From positions 1 through 64,000 of the IMG/VR virus record IMGVR_UViG_3300025133_009669: DNA of 64,000 nucleotides; one strand, written 5' to 3'. This DNA comes from a virus. Below are positions 10,529 through 19,926 of this stretch, in pieces; within the stretch, counting starts at the first letter, position 1, and the number at the start of each line of letters is the position of its first letter. The translations under genes were made by a program, and so were the position numbers. The notes beneath the pieces were generated by a model, which was not told the origin of the DNA, searched no databases, and saw only the letters and a list, made by a program, of their open reading frames with translations.

Positions 10529-11009
10529 GCATCAAGTCAACGTCAATGTTATTGGAATTGGAATGCCAAGGACTGGAACCACAAGTTTGTCGGCGGCCCT
10601 CGAGATCCTCGGCTATTCGGGCACACACTTCTGTAAGGTCAATGATATAGAGCGGAAAAGTAGCGCAGGTGGCCATAAGTCTTACATTGTGGACAATTCT
10701 TATTACTCAATTCTAGAAGAAATTGTCAGTTGCAATACTGAGTCTAAGTTCATATTGACAGACCGAAAGCAAAAAGAGTGGAGAGACTCTGTAGGCTCAT
10801 TCGATGCAAAAATAGAAAAAGAAATTACAGAATATAAAAAAGAATGCATCTCTCTTTTTTCAAAAAATTCTGCCGAAGATAATTTGCTTATTCTAAACGT
10901 AATAGACGGAACATCAAATGAGTGTTGGGCTTTATTATGCGCTTTTCTTGGAGAAAAAGTCCCGGACGTTAGCTTTCCATCAATAAATCAGAATAAAGGA
11001 GGATTATGA
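10518..11009 (+). CDS. Sulfotransferase-family protein
   Basis: [26 protein letters not shown]-binding loop; SKFILTDR; WALLCAFLG...FP. Confidence 0.75.
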   Translation: MKNRHQVNVNVIGIGMPRTGTTSLSAALEILGYSGTHFCKVNDIERKSSAGGHKSYIVDNSYYSILEEIVSCNTESKFILTDRKQKEWRDSVGSFDAKIEKEITEYKKECISLFSKNSAEDNLLILNVIDGTSNECWALLCAFLGEKVPDVSFPSINQNKGGL

Positions 11010-11407
11010 GTTTGATTCACAAAACTGCGAATATCTATGAGACGGCAGTAATTGGAGAACATTCAAAGGTAGGAGCCTTTGCAGAGATAGGGAGGGACGT
11101 TACTATTGGAGAAAGATGTTCAATTGGATGCTCTGCCTTTATTCCAGAAAATGTTATTGTAAAGGATAATGTTTTTATTGGACCGCATGTTGTATTCACT
11201 AATGATAAAAATGCACCTTCAAATGGCGCTTGGAGAGGCCTTCCGCCTACAGTGGTTGAGTCTGGAGTTTCAATTGGGGCAAATGCGACAATCTTGCCAA
11301 ATTTAATTCTAGGGAAAAATTGCAAAATAGGTGCTGGAGCAGTTGTTACAAAGGATGTGCCGGAGGGTGATATTGTTGTTGGTAATCCTGCAAAAAGCAT
11401 AAGATAA
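11006..11407 (+). CDS. Hexapeptide-repeat N-acetyltransferase (WbpD-like)
   Basis: [32 protein letters not shown]...VGNPA. Confidence 0.9.
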   Translation: MSLIHKTANIYETAVIGEHSKVGAFAEIGRDVTIGERCSIGCSAFIPENVIVKDNVFIGPHVVFTNDKNAPSNGAWRGLPPTVVESGVSIGANATILPNLILGKNCKIGAGAVVTKDVPEGDIVVGNPAKSIR

Positions 11408-11433
11408 TTACTATTTTTTAAACATTAATTGTT

Positions 11434-12342
11434 ATGAATAAAAAATTTGCCTTAATCGGCGCAGCAGGCTATATAGCCCCCAGGCATATGCGCGCAATCA
11501 AAGAAAATAATGGAGATCTAATTGCGGCAGTTGATCCGAACGATTCAGTAGGGATCATCGACTCATATTTTCCTGATTCAGCATTTTTTACAGAAATAGA
11601 ACGATTCGATCGACATGTTTATAAGTCGTTAAAGACAAATAATAAGATTGACTACTTCAGTATATGCTCTCCAAATTATTTGCATGATGCTCACATCAGA
11701 ATGGCCCTAAGAAATGAGGCTCATGCCATATGCGAAAAGCCCTTGATCTTAAGCCCTGATAACATTAAGTATTTGAAGCAATTAGAAGATAGTACTGGAA
11801 AGAAGATATATACCGTTTTGCAGCTGAGGTATCACGATAAAATTATTGCGTTAAAGAAGCTATATGGAAATATTTCTAATCGTGTAGAAGTCGACTTAAG
11901 ATACATCACGTCAAGGGGCTCTTGGTATAACCATTCTTGGAAAGGCGATGAAAATAAGTCTGGAGGTCTTGCCGCAAATATAGGCATACATTTTTTTGAT
12001 ATGCTTATATGGATTTTTGGAGATCCAATTTCAAATGAAGTTTTAAGAAAGGATTCGTCATCAATCAGCGGAGTTTTGACATTAAAAAATGCAAGGGTCA
12101 AATGGTTCTTGAGCGTTGATCGATCAGAGTTGCCAAGCGGGCACTGGGACTCCGGAAGGTCATCATTTAGAAGTCTAACGGTAGATAAAAAAGAGGTTGA
12201 ATTCAGTAACGGATTCACGGATCTGCACACAGTTGCTTATAGAAATATTTTAAATAATAATGGATTTGGAGTAGATGACGCCTATACATCTTTATGTATA
12301 GCTAGAGATGTATCTTTTGGAGTTGGAATCTATAAATATTAG
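11434..12342 (+). CDS. wbpB: UDP-GlcNAcA 3-dehydrogenase, Gfo/Idh/MocA family (WbpB/WlbA-like)
   Basis: FALIGAAGYIAPRHMRAIK, CSPNYLHDAH, ICEKPL, NIGIHFFDML, GFTDLHT, characteristic of WbpB/WlbA. Confidence 0.85.
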   Translation: MNKKFALIGAAGYIAPRHMRAIKENNGDLIAAVDPNDSVGIIDSYFPDSAFFTEIERFDRHVYKSLKTNNKIDYFSICSPNYLHDAHIRMALRNEAHAICEKPLILSPDNIKYLKQLEDSTGKKIYTVLQLRYHDKIIALKKLYGNISNRVEVDLRYITSRGSWYNHSWKGDENKSGGLAANIGIHFFDMLIWIFGDPISNEVLRKDSSSISGVLTLKNARVKWFLSVDRSELPSGHWDSGRSSFRSLTVDKKEVEFSNGFTDLHTVAYRNILNNNGFGVDDAYTSLCIARDVSFGVGIYKY

Positions 12343-12352
12343 GAAGAGTAGT

Positions 12353-13165
12353 ATGGTCATCGCACAAATAGGAAACGGATTCGTAGGAAGCGCATTGCAT
12401 AGATCTTTTAGAAAGAGAGGATCTGATACTTCTATTTACGATAAATATCAAAAATTAGGCTCTATAGAAGATGTCCTGTCCTCAGATATCTTATTTATGT
12501 GCCTTCCAACTCCCTATGTAGACGGATATGGATTTGACTTAAGCGCATTGACTGAAAATTTAAAGCTTTTATCTCAAAGAAATTACAAGGGCCTTATAGT
12601 TATAAAGAGCACAATTGAGCCGGGAACTACTGAGCGGCTCAACTCTCAACATGACAATCTTCTACTTTCTCATAATCCTGAGTTTTTGACTGCAAGAACT
12701 GCTTTTGAAGATTTTGACAGCCAAAAGCATATTGTACTTGGAATTACCAATAAAACAAGGAAGAACGGCATCGAACTATTTGACAGTCTGAATAAACTTT
12801 ATGAAAAGTTATATCCAGATGCAGAAATCTCTATCTGTAAGTCAGAAGAGTCTGAGGCCATGAAGCTTTTCTGCAATAATTTTTATGCAATGAAAGTCCA
12901 AATTTTTAATGAGTTTTATTATTTGTCGCAAAAAGTTGGGATAGATTTTGAAAATGTTAAAGAAATGATGTTTAAAAACGATTGGATCAATCCAATGCAT
13001 ACAACCATTCCAGGCCCAGATGGAAAGCCTTCCTATGGAGGGCTATGCTTCGTTAAAGATACAAATGCTTTAAGCCATATGATGAAGACAATCGGAACAC
13101 CCGGCGATGTCCTTGACGCCTGCATAAAAGAGCGAAATAAGATGAGGGAGTTTAATCTAAAATGA
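12353..13165 (+). CDS. UDP-glucose/GDP-mannose dehydrogenase family protein (short form)
   Basis: IGNGFVG, CLPTP, IKSTIEPGTT, HNPEFL, YGGLCFVKD; C-terminal UDP-binding domain absent. Confidence 0.8.
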   Translation: MVIAQIGNGFVGSALHRSFRKRGSDTSIYDKYQKLGSIEDVLSSDILFMCLPTPYVDGYGFDLSALTENLKLLSQRNYKGLIVIKSTIEPGTTERLNSQHDNLLLSHNPEFLTARTAFEDFDSQKHIVLGITNKTRKNGIELFDSLNKLYEKLYPDAEISICKSEESEAMKLFCNNFYAMKVQIFNEFYYLSQKVGIDFENVKEMMFKNDWINPMHTTIPGPDGKPSYGGLCFVKDTNALSHMMKTIGTPGDVLDACIKERNKMREFNLK

Positions 13166-14091
13166 GCAAAGTGGTAGTAACAGGATCTGCCGGGTTTATT
13201 GGAGGCCACCTTACAGACAGGCTTCTTCGGCTTGGGATAGAGGTATTGGGTATTGATAATATGTCAAGCGGGCTTGAGTCAACCCGAAAGCTTCACTTGA
13301 CTGACCGTAACTTTAGATCAGAAGAAATTGACATTGGAAGTTCTGATATTTCAACTATTTTTGAAAATTTTAAACCAGAGTATGTATTTCATTTGGCTGC
13401 GAAGCCCGGCGTTACACCCTCTGTGGAAAATCCAACATTTTCTGACCTCAATAATATTAATGGAACAGTAAATCTCTTAGAGGCTGCAAAAAATGCTGGA
13501 GTAAAGAGGTTTATTTTCTCCTCTTCTTCCTCAATATATGGAGGCTCTACAGACCTTCCTACGAAAGAGGCCCTTCCTGCCAACCCGAAGTCTCCTTACG
13601 CCCTGCAGAAGCTAACCGGAGAGAAGTATTGCGAGATGTTTTCAAAGCTATACGCTATGGACACAGCCTCTCTGAGATACTTCAATGTATTTGGTCCAAG
13701 GCAAAGATCTGACTCTGCTTATGCCGCAGTTATTGCTGCATTTTGTGATGCAGAGAAGAAAGGCGTAGCTCCCGTGATTTTTGGCAGTGGAGAACAGTTT
13801 CGGGACTTTTGTTACGTAGAGAATGTTGTCGATGCTAATATAGAGGCTGCGTTAGCAGAATCTCCACTAAGAGGGGAAGTTTTCAATGTTGGCTGTGGCG
13901 GAAGAATAACTGTAAATGAATTATGTGAAAAAATATGTTCCATAAGCCCAACCTACAAAGAGAAACGGGCCGGAGATGTCTTCTGTTCTCAAGCAGATAT
14001 TTCGAAAGCAAGGGCGTATCTTGGATACAATGCAAGGCATTCTTTCGAAGAAGGGATAAAAAAGACCCTAAGCTGGCACCTTGATAGCTAA
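13162..14091 (+). CDS. NAD-dependent nucleotide-sugar epimerase (WbpP/GalE-like SDR)
   Basis: VTGSAGFIGGH, SSSSIYG, SPYALQK (YxxxK), LRYFNVFGPRQ, RDFCYV. Confidence 0.9.
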   Translation: MSKVVVTGSAGFIGGHLTDRLLRLGIEVLGIDNMSSGLESTRKLHLTDRNFRSEEIDIGSSDISTIFENFKPEYVFHLAAKPGVTPSVENPTFSDLNNINGTVNLLEAAKNAGVKRFIFSSSSSIYGGSTDLPTKEALPANPKSPYALQKLTGEKYCEMFSKLYAMDTASLRYFNVFGPRQRSDSAYAAVIAAFCDAEKKGVAPVIFGSGEQFRDFCYVENVVDANIEAALAESPLRGEVFNVGCGGRITVNELCEKICSISPTYKEKRAGDVFCSQADISKARAYLGYNARHSFEEGIKKTLSWHLDS

Positions 14092-15909
14092 ATGTGCGGA
14101 ATCTTTGGTACAGTCGGAAGCAGCGATGCTTACGAAGAAATAAAAGAAGGACTAGAAAGACTTTCTTACAGAGGCTATGACTCTGCTGGAATAGCTATTC
14201 TTGATGAAGATTTTACCATTGAAAAGACCAAGGGGCATCCAGAAAATCTCCCAGATGGGCCTATCGGAAGCAGAGTCGGCATCGGGCATGACAGGTGGGC
14301 TACACACTCTCTTCCTACCAAAGAAAATGCTCATCCTTATTTGTCAAATGACAATAGCATTGCCTTAGTTCATAATGGAATTATAGAGAACTATTCAGAA
14401 GTTCAGAGCTTCCTTCGATCAAATGGTTTTTGTTTTAAAACAAAAACTGATACAGAGGTTCTTCCGAATCTTATTCAGCACTTCTTATCTCAAGACAAAA
14501 CCATGCAATCTGCCATCATCAATATGACGAAAGCCATACGTGGCGCTTATGCTATTGCTTTTTTGCATAAAAATCATCCTGAGAAAATCTTCGTAGTAAG
14601 ACATGGATCTCCAATTTGTATTGGACGAGGAGGCAGCACTCATTATATATCTTCAGATACAAACTCTTTTCCCAAAGGAATAGAAGAAGTTATTACCTTG
14701 GAAGATGATCGCTTTGCGATTATCACCCCTGATTCTGTTAAACTGAAAACATTTAAAGGCGGAAACAAAAAGCCTAAATGGGAAACCTCTATCAGTGATG
14801 ATGAAATTTACAATTTAGGTAAATACTCCACATATATGGAAAAGGAAATAAGCGAACAACCTATATATCTGAAAAACGCCATTAATGGTAGAGTAATCCA
14901 GAATCCTCCAGATATTCGTATCGCAGGAATCTCAGACTATCTTGATAAGATTATTGAAGCCGACGAAGTGGTTTTCGTCGGCTGCGGATCTGCCTTTTAT
15001 GCCTCCCAAATTGCAGCAAGAGCAATGGAAGACATAGGGGGAGTTAGGTCTCGAGCCTTAAGCGCTGGAGAGCTTCAATACGACAATCCCATTATAACTC
15101 AAAAGACTGTTTTGATTGCTGTCTCTCAATCTGGCGAAACTGCAGATACGATTGGGTGTATAAAACTCTATAAAGATCGCGGAGCAACAACCTTAGGGAT
15201 AGTAAATGTTGTAAATTCATCGATATCTAGGCTTGTAGACGCAGGGATATACATTAGAGCTGGACAAGAGACAAGCGTTGCATCTACAAAGGCTCTGACA
15301 AATCAGGTTTTCAATCTTTTAATGATAGCTTATGCAGTGGGAGGCAAGAATGGTTTATCACGTTCTGATTATCTGTCTTTCATTTTAGAGTCAAAGGAAA
15401 TGCCGAAACTAATCAAGAAGGTTAACGGCTTAACTACAAGTTATAAGGAAATAGCGAAAGAGCACTCGGGCTCTCAAAGCATGATCTGTATAGGAAGAGG
15501 ACTTCTAGAGACCATTGCGTATGAGGCTGCTCTAAAAATCAAAGAAATTAGCTATATTCATGCGGAAGGCTATTCTGCATCAGAACTAAAACATGGGCCT
15601 CTAGCTCTAATCTCTCCAGAGGTCCCTACAGTCGCGTTCATACAGTCTGGGCTGCTTGGGCATAAGGCGCTATCAAATCTACACGAAATTGCTTCTCGTG
15701 GCGGCCTGTTAATCGTGGTAGGCCCTCCTGGCAGTCAGCCTTTAGATATTCCTAGTTTGTTTATTGAAATACCAGAAGTCACCAACAAATATCTTAATTC
15801 CATGCTTCATCTTGTTGCAGCTCAAAATATAGCATATTTCTTGGCAAGGAAATTGGGTCGAAAAGTTGACCGGCCGCGGAATTTATCAAAAATTATTTCT
15901 GTAGAATAG
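14092..15909 (+). CDS. glmS: Glutamine--fructose-6-phosphate aminotransferase
   Basis: N-terminal MCGI, YRGYDSAG, RWATH, SQSGETAD, ASTKA, ELKHGPLAL, C-terminal RPRNLSKIISVE. Confidence 0.95.
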   Translation: MCGIFGTVGSSDAYEEIKEGLERLSYRGYDSAGIAILDEDFTIEKTKGHPENLPDGPIGSRVGIGHDRWATHSLPTKENAHPYLSNDNSIALVHNGIIENYSEVQSFLRSNGFCFKTKTDTEVLPNLIQHFLSQDKTMQSAIINMTKAIRGAYAIAFLHKNHPEKIFVVRHGSPICIGRGGSTHYISSDTNSFPKGIEEVITLEDDRFAIITPDSVKLKTFKGGNKKPKWETSISDDEIYNLGKYSTYMEKEISEQPIYLKNAINGRVIQNPPDIRIAGISDYLDKIIEADEVVFVGCGSAFYASQIAARAMEDIGGVRSRALSAGELQYDNPIITQKTVLIAVSQSGETADTIGCIKLYKDRGATTLGIVNVVNSSISRLVDAGIYIRAGQETSVASTKALTNQVFNLLMIAYAVGGKNGLSRSDYLSFILESKEMPKLIKKVNGLTTSYKEIAKEHSGSQSMICIGRGLLETIAYEAALKIKEISYIHAEGYSASELKHGPLALISPEVPTVAFIQSGLLGHKALSNLHEIASRGGLLIVVGPPGSQPLDIPSLFIEIPEVTNKYLNSMLHLVAAQNIAYFLARKLGRKVDRPRNLSKIISVE

Positions 15910-15970
15910 ATATTCTCTAGGAGTAAAATCTAGGAGCACCCTAGATAGACGGGGTTCTGTGGAGATGAAG

Positions 15971-16969
15971 ATGAGAGAAAACGCACTAGGGCCTACGGCT
16001 ATCATAACAGGAGTTGCAGGACAGGATGGATCGTATTTAGCAGAGTTTCTGCTGGAGAAAGGATACAGAGTTGTAGGCCTTGCAAGGCGTCATGCTTCTG
16101 TTAAGGAGTATACTAACATCAAAGATTTGCTTGTCAACAAAAACTTTAAACTTTTTGAAGGCGACATTACAGATACAACGTTAATATCCAGAATTCTTCA
16201 TGATTATAAGCCGCATGAGTTTTATGCCCTTGCGGCAATGAGCCACGTTGGTCAATCATTCCGAGAGCCTCTTGCCACATTTGATGTGAATGCCAGGGCC
16301 ATTATTGGTCAGCTAGAAATGATAAGGCAATATTCGCCTTATACGAGAGTATATTTCGCCGGAACTTCAGAGCTTTTCGGAGGGATCTCCTGCCCAGAAA
16401 CAGGGTATACCGAAGAGTCTCCTTTTCACCCCAGATCTCCCTATGGAGTGGCTAAGCTGGCTGCATATTGGGCTACAGTCAACTACAGAGAGGCGTATGG
16501 GATGTTCGCGGTAAACGGAATTCTGCACAATCACTGCTCACCCCGAAGAGGTTATGACTTCGCAACCAGAAAGATAACCAGAGGAGTTGCGAAAGTTAAA
16601 CTTGGCCTTGAGAGTACTCTTAAGATGGGAAATCTAGATGCCTTTAGGGACGAGGGTCACTCCAAAGACTTTTGTAGAGCTATGTGGATGATGCTGCAGG
16701 CGGAAGCTCCTGAGGATTATCTTGTAGCAACAGGCGAGGGAGCAACTATCAGAGAGATGTTGGAATATGTCTGCTCTTTGGCCGGCTTGGATATAGATGA
16801 TGTTTACGAGAGAGATGAGCGTTTTATGCGACCATCAGAAGTTCCATTTTTACTTGGAAACCCTGCAAAGATAAAAAGGGACCTGGGATGGGAGCCTCAA
16901 ATTTCTTGGAAGGAAACTCTGAAAGAAATGTATGAGAATGATTTGCTCCAGTTGACGCAAAATTCATAA
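15971..16969 (+). CDS. gmd: GDP-mannose 4,6-dehydratase
   Basis: ITGVAGQDGSYLAEFLL, MSHVGQSF, PRSPYGVAK, TRKITRG, RPSEV; GGAG 6 nt upstream of ATG 15971. Confidence 0.92.
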   Translation: MRENALGPTAIITGVAGQDGSYLAEFLLEKGYRVVGLARRHASVKEYTNIKDLLVNKNFKLFEGDITDTTLISRILHDYKPHEFYALAAMSHVGQSFREPLATFDVNARAIIGQLEMIRQYSPYTRVYFAGTSELFGGISCPETGYTEESPFHPRSPYGVAKLAAYWATVNYREAYGMFAVNGILHNHCSPRRGYDFATRKITRGVAKVKLGLESTLKMGNLDAFRDEGHSKDFCRAMWMMLQAEAPEDYLVATGEGATIREMLEYVCSLAGLDIDDVYERDERFMRPSEVPFLLGNPAKIKRDLGWEPQISWKETLKEMYENDLLQLTQNS

Positions 16970-16993
16970 TCACACAATATAAATGATTACTAA

Positions 16994-17021
16994 TATTAAC
17001 TCCTTCTTTTAGGAGTTAATA
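16994..17021. terminator. Perfect 11-bp hairpin after gmd (possible terminator or processing signal)
   Basis: TATTAACTCCT-tctttt-AGGAGTTAATA; no clear downstream U-tract. Confidence 0.4.
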
Positions 17022-17035
17022 CGAGGAGACAAGGC

Positions 17036-17467
17036 TTGGACAATTTAGAGAGAATCGAGAAGCCTTGGGGCTATGAGGTTATATGGGGCAAGAGCGCATC
17101 TTCTGATGGATATATTGGAAAGCTCCTCTTCATAGATGCCGGAGAAAGGCTTTCTATGCAATTTCACGAGATAAAGGAAGAGACAATTTTGGTAAAAACT
17201 GGAACTCTTTATATACAGACGGTAGGAAAGGCATCCGGAAATAATGATTTCTCTGAGCTTATGAAATCCGCTATAGAAGAGATTGTTTTGCGCCCTGGGG
17301 ATGTGATACACATCCCTCCATTCACAACTCATAGGTTTATTGCAAAAGAAGAGAATGTTGAGCTAATAGAGGTCAGCACCTGTTTTTTAAATGATGTAGT
17401 CAGAATCGAAGATGATTATGGAAGGTCCGATGAGAGCATTGATGAGGACCTTTGGGACGATTGCTAA
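17036..17467 (+). CDS. Cupin, mannose-6-phosphate isomerase type II C-terminal-like
   Basis: IEKPWGYE, LSMQFHEIKEET, HIPPFTTHR, IEVST...DVVRIEDDYGR; TTG start with GAGGAG. Confidence 0.8.
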   Translation: MDNLERIEKPWGYEVIWGKSASSDGYIGKLLFIDAGERLSMQFHEIKEETILVKTGTLYIQTVGKASGNNDFSELMKSAIEEIVLRPGDVIHIPPFTTHRFIAKEENVELIEVSTCFLNDVVRIEDDYGRSDESIDEDLWDDC

Positions 17468-17820
17468 ACTTTTCTTTCTAACGCTCTTAGGCTTTTCTTT
17501 GTAGATCTATTTTTCGAAGTTTCCCTCAGAGATCTTAAGCGCTTTTTTATTTTATCTAAAAAATCACCATTATAATCTTCGTTGCTCTTAAAATAAGCAG
17601 GCACTTTTATCTCTGCCTCTTTTGTGCCAAGAATACTTGCTCTTGCAAACAGATGCGGATTATTTTCAATAAAACTATAAAGAGTTTTTAGTTCATCTTC
17701 GCTCATTTCGCTTAATAGAGATTTTCCGGTTATTTCCATGCTTATGGACATAAAAGAAGGATCATAATCCCATGCAATATTCATGGTTTCGGCCAGATGA
17801 ATAACGTTTTCTTTTAGCAT
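17464..17820 (-). CDS. Hypothetical protein
   Basis: 118-aa ORF filling the gap, upstream GGA; one of few minus-strand genes. Confidence 0.55.
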   Translation of the reverse strand: MLKENVIHLAETMNIAWDYDPSFMSISMEITGKSLLSEMSEDELKTLYSFIENNPHLFARASILGTKEAEIKVPAYFKSNEDYNGDFLDKIKKRLRSLRETSKNRSTKKSLRALERKV

Positions 17821-17876
17821 AATATTTCCATATCTATTTTTAAATAATAATAGTTCGCTAGGAAGGCTCGGGATTA

Positions 17877-18269
17877 ATGACTAATCACTTATTATTGGCT
17901 ATATTCTACTTGGTTATGGCCAACTCCTTGGCATGGTTTCAGGTGAACTTACAGTTCATATCTGAATGGTGGTACAATCGTCCACTTTTTACAATAATTT
18001 CTCTGTCGTTACCAACCACATTCTTTTTTTATTACGGCTGGAGATATTTGGTGGAATTTTACAATCAAGAAGTTTGGACAGCCAGAGTTGTGTCCTTCTC
18101 TATAAGCATTCTTTTATTCTGGATCTTTTCTTCAATTTTTAAATTGCAGCCTATAAATTTAAAAACTGGAATTTGTATAATGCTTTCATTCGCAATAATT
18201 TTAGTTCAGTCATATTGGCCGGACAGCAATCAGGCAATAGAGGTTGTGGATAAAGTTATCAAAAATTAA
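17877..18269 (+). CDS. Small membrane protein (about 4 TM, SMR/EamA-like)
   Basis: Four hydrophobic segments in 130 aa. Confidence 0.55.
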   Translation: MTNHLLLAIFYLVMANSLAWFQVNLQFISEWWYNRPLFTIISLSLPTTFFFYYGWRYLVEFYNQEVWTARVVSFSISILLFWIFSSIFKLQPINLKTGICIMLSFAIILVQSYWPDSNQAIEVVDKVIKN

Positions 18270-19219
18270 TGAAAATAACATTTATAGGGTTTAATCTTGG
18301 CCCAACAAGAGCATTTACAAATGGTCCTGGGATGTCTTTTTATAACTTCTTAACCGCAATACAAGAAGATGTCGAGATAGACGTTTTTACGGTGCTCCCT
18401 GTTGAGGAGAAGATAGGTGGAATAAATTTTTTCTCAATAAATGACACCGCGCAGCTGGCAGGATCAATTGGCTCCTCAGAGGTTCTTCATCATTGGAGCG
18501 GAATTGATAGAAGGTTCGTAAAAATTATAAATGCTGCAAGTTTATTGGGAAAGAAGATAGTTTGTGGCCCAAATGTTCTAGACACAGTGCAAATCGAGAA
18601 AGAGAAGAGCTATCTTTTTGGCTCAGATATAAGTCTTTTTCTGACGACAAACGATAAGCTTAAACATGCTTTGTCCCATCAACACGCAATTCCAATATCT
18701 AAAATAAAAAGCTTTATAGTTGGCCCCGACTTAGATCTATGGAGTCCGGCTGAAAACAGAGGCTCTGGTGGCATATTATGGAAGGGCAATTGCAACCATG
18801 AGGTTAAGGACGTAGATTTCGGCCTAAGGCTGCGAGATGCTTTGCCTCAATATAAGTTCATGTTCCTAGGGCATCCCGCTCCGTATAAATACGAGGAACA
18901 TATTTCTGTGGCCAAAACGGCCAGGGTGTATATAAATACATCGATGTCAGAAACGAAATCCCAAACGCTTATGGAAAGTTGGGCATCTGGAGTCCCGTCA
19001 GTAACACATCCTAAGATTTACTTGCATGGCGTAAATTACAAGACGGGAATTATTACGAATAAAACCATCGCAGATTATGCGGAGGCAATCTGCGAAATTA
19101 TGGAGGACAAAGTTTTGTATTCAGTTCTCTCCGATGGAGCGCTCTCTTACGCCAGAGAGCACCTCTCGAAAGAAGTTATAAGGGCAAGATATTTCTCCCT
19201 ATTAGAAGGCAAGCTATAA
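18269..19219 (+). CDS. Glycosyltransferase, GT4-like
   Basis: NTSMSETKSQTLMESWASGVP (E-x7-E motif). Confidence 0.75.
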   Translation: MKITFIGFNLGPTRAFTNGPGMSFYNFLTAIQEDVEIDVFTVLPVEEKIGGINFFSINDTAQLAGSIGSSEVLHHWSGIDRRFVKIINAASLLGKKIVCGPNVLDTVQIEKEKSYLFGSDISLFLTTNDKLKHALSHQHAIPISKIKSFIVGPDLDLWSPAENRGSGGILWKGNCNHEVKDVDFGLRLRDALPQYKFMFLGHPAPYKYEEHISVAKTARVYINTSMSETKSQTLMESWASGVPSVTHPKIYLHGVNYKTGIITNKTIADYAEAICEIMEDKVLYSVLSDGALSYAREHLSKEVIRARYFSLLEGKL

Positions 19220-19926
19220 TGCTTGTGGATATTATTATTCCGGCGTACAACCCTGGCCCCTATCTGCTTGACGCGCTGAAAAGCTGTACTCGTCAAAAAT
19301 ACAATAATTATACAGTCACTGTGATCGATGACAATTCGACCGAAGATGTAAAGTCAATTGTCGATAAATTTGCGGGATTCAATTATATCAGAAATAATGA
19401 AAACTTGGGCCCTGCAGGCGCTCGCAATGTAGGGATAAGGAATACCAGCGGAGACCTTATCAGTCTTCTGGATGCAGATGACCTGATGCACCCGGACAAG
19501 CTTAAACTCTCAGTAAAAGAGTTTAAGGATCAAGAAGTTGGTCTTGTTTGTGGGAACTATCAGATCCTGGTAAACAGGAAGAGGCTCCTAAGGCCTTTCT
19601 ATAGGAAGCCGGTTAAGATTGACCGCGATGTTTTGATGACGCAAAACTTTGTAGCGTCAGGGTCGACTACCTTTCGACGCACTCTGATCGAAGAAATCGG
19701 AGGGTTTGATGAGCGGTTCTGGATCTCCGAGGATTACGCTTGTTGGATAAGGATGTCTGAGATCTCTAAAATAAAATATATTCATGAAATACTATATTAT
19801 TATGCGGTATCCCCTGGGAATGACTCATTGACGCAGAGGGCAGATATTCAGAAAGATCACGAAAAGAATATAGAGATGATTAGACGAGAATCCAGAGAGA
19901 GAATGAGGATTACAAATGGGTCTTGA
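19219..19926 (+). CDS. Glycosyltransferase family 2
   Basis: IIIPAYN, VIDDNST, NLGPAGARNVG, LLDADD, GGFDE...EDY. Confidence 0.92.
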   Translation: MLVDIIIPAYNPGPYLLDALKSCTRQKYNNYTVTVIDDNSTEDVKSIVDKFAGFNYIRNNENLGPAGARNVGIRNTSGDLISLLDADDLMHPDKLKLSVKEFKDQEVGLVCGNYQILVNRKRLLRPFYRKPVKIDRDVLMTQNFVASGSTTFRRTLIEEIGGFDERFWISEDYACWIRMSEISKIKYIHEILYYYAVSPGNDSLTQRADIQKDHEKNIEMIRRESRERMRITNGS

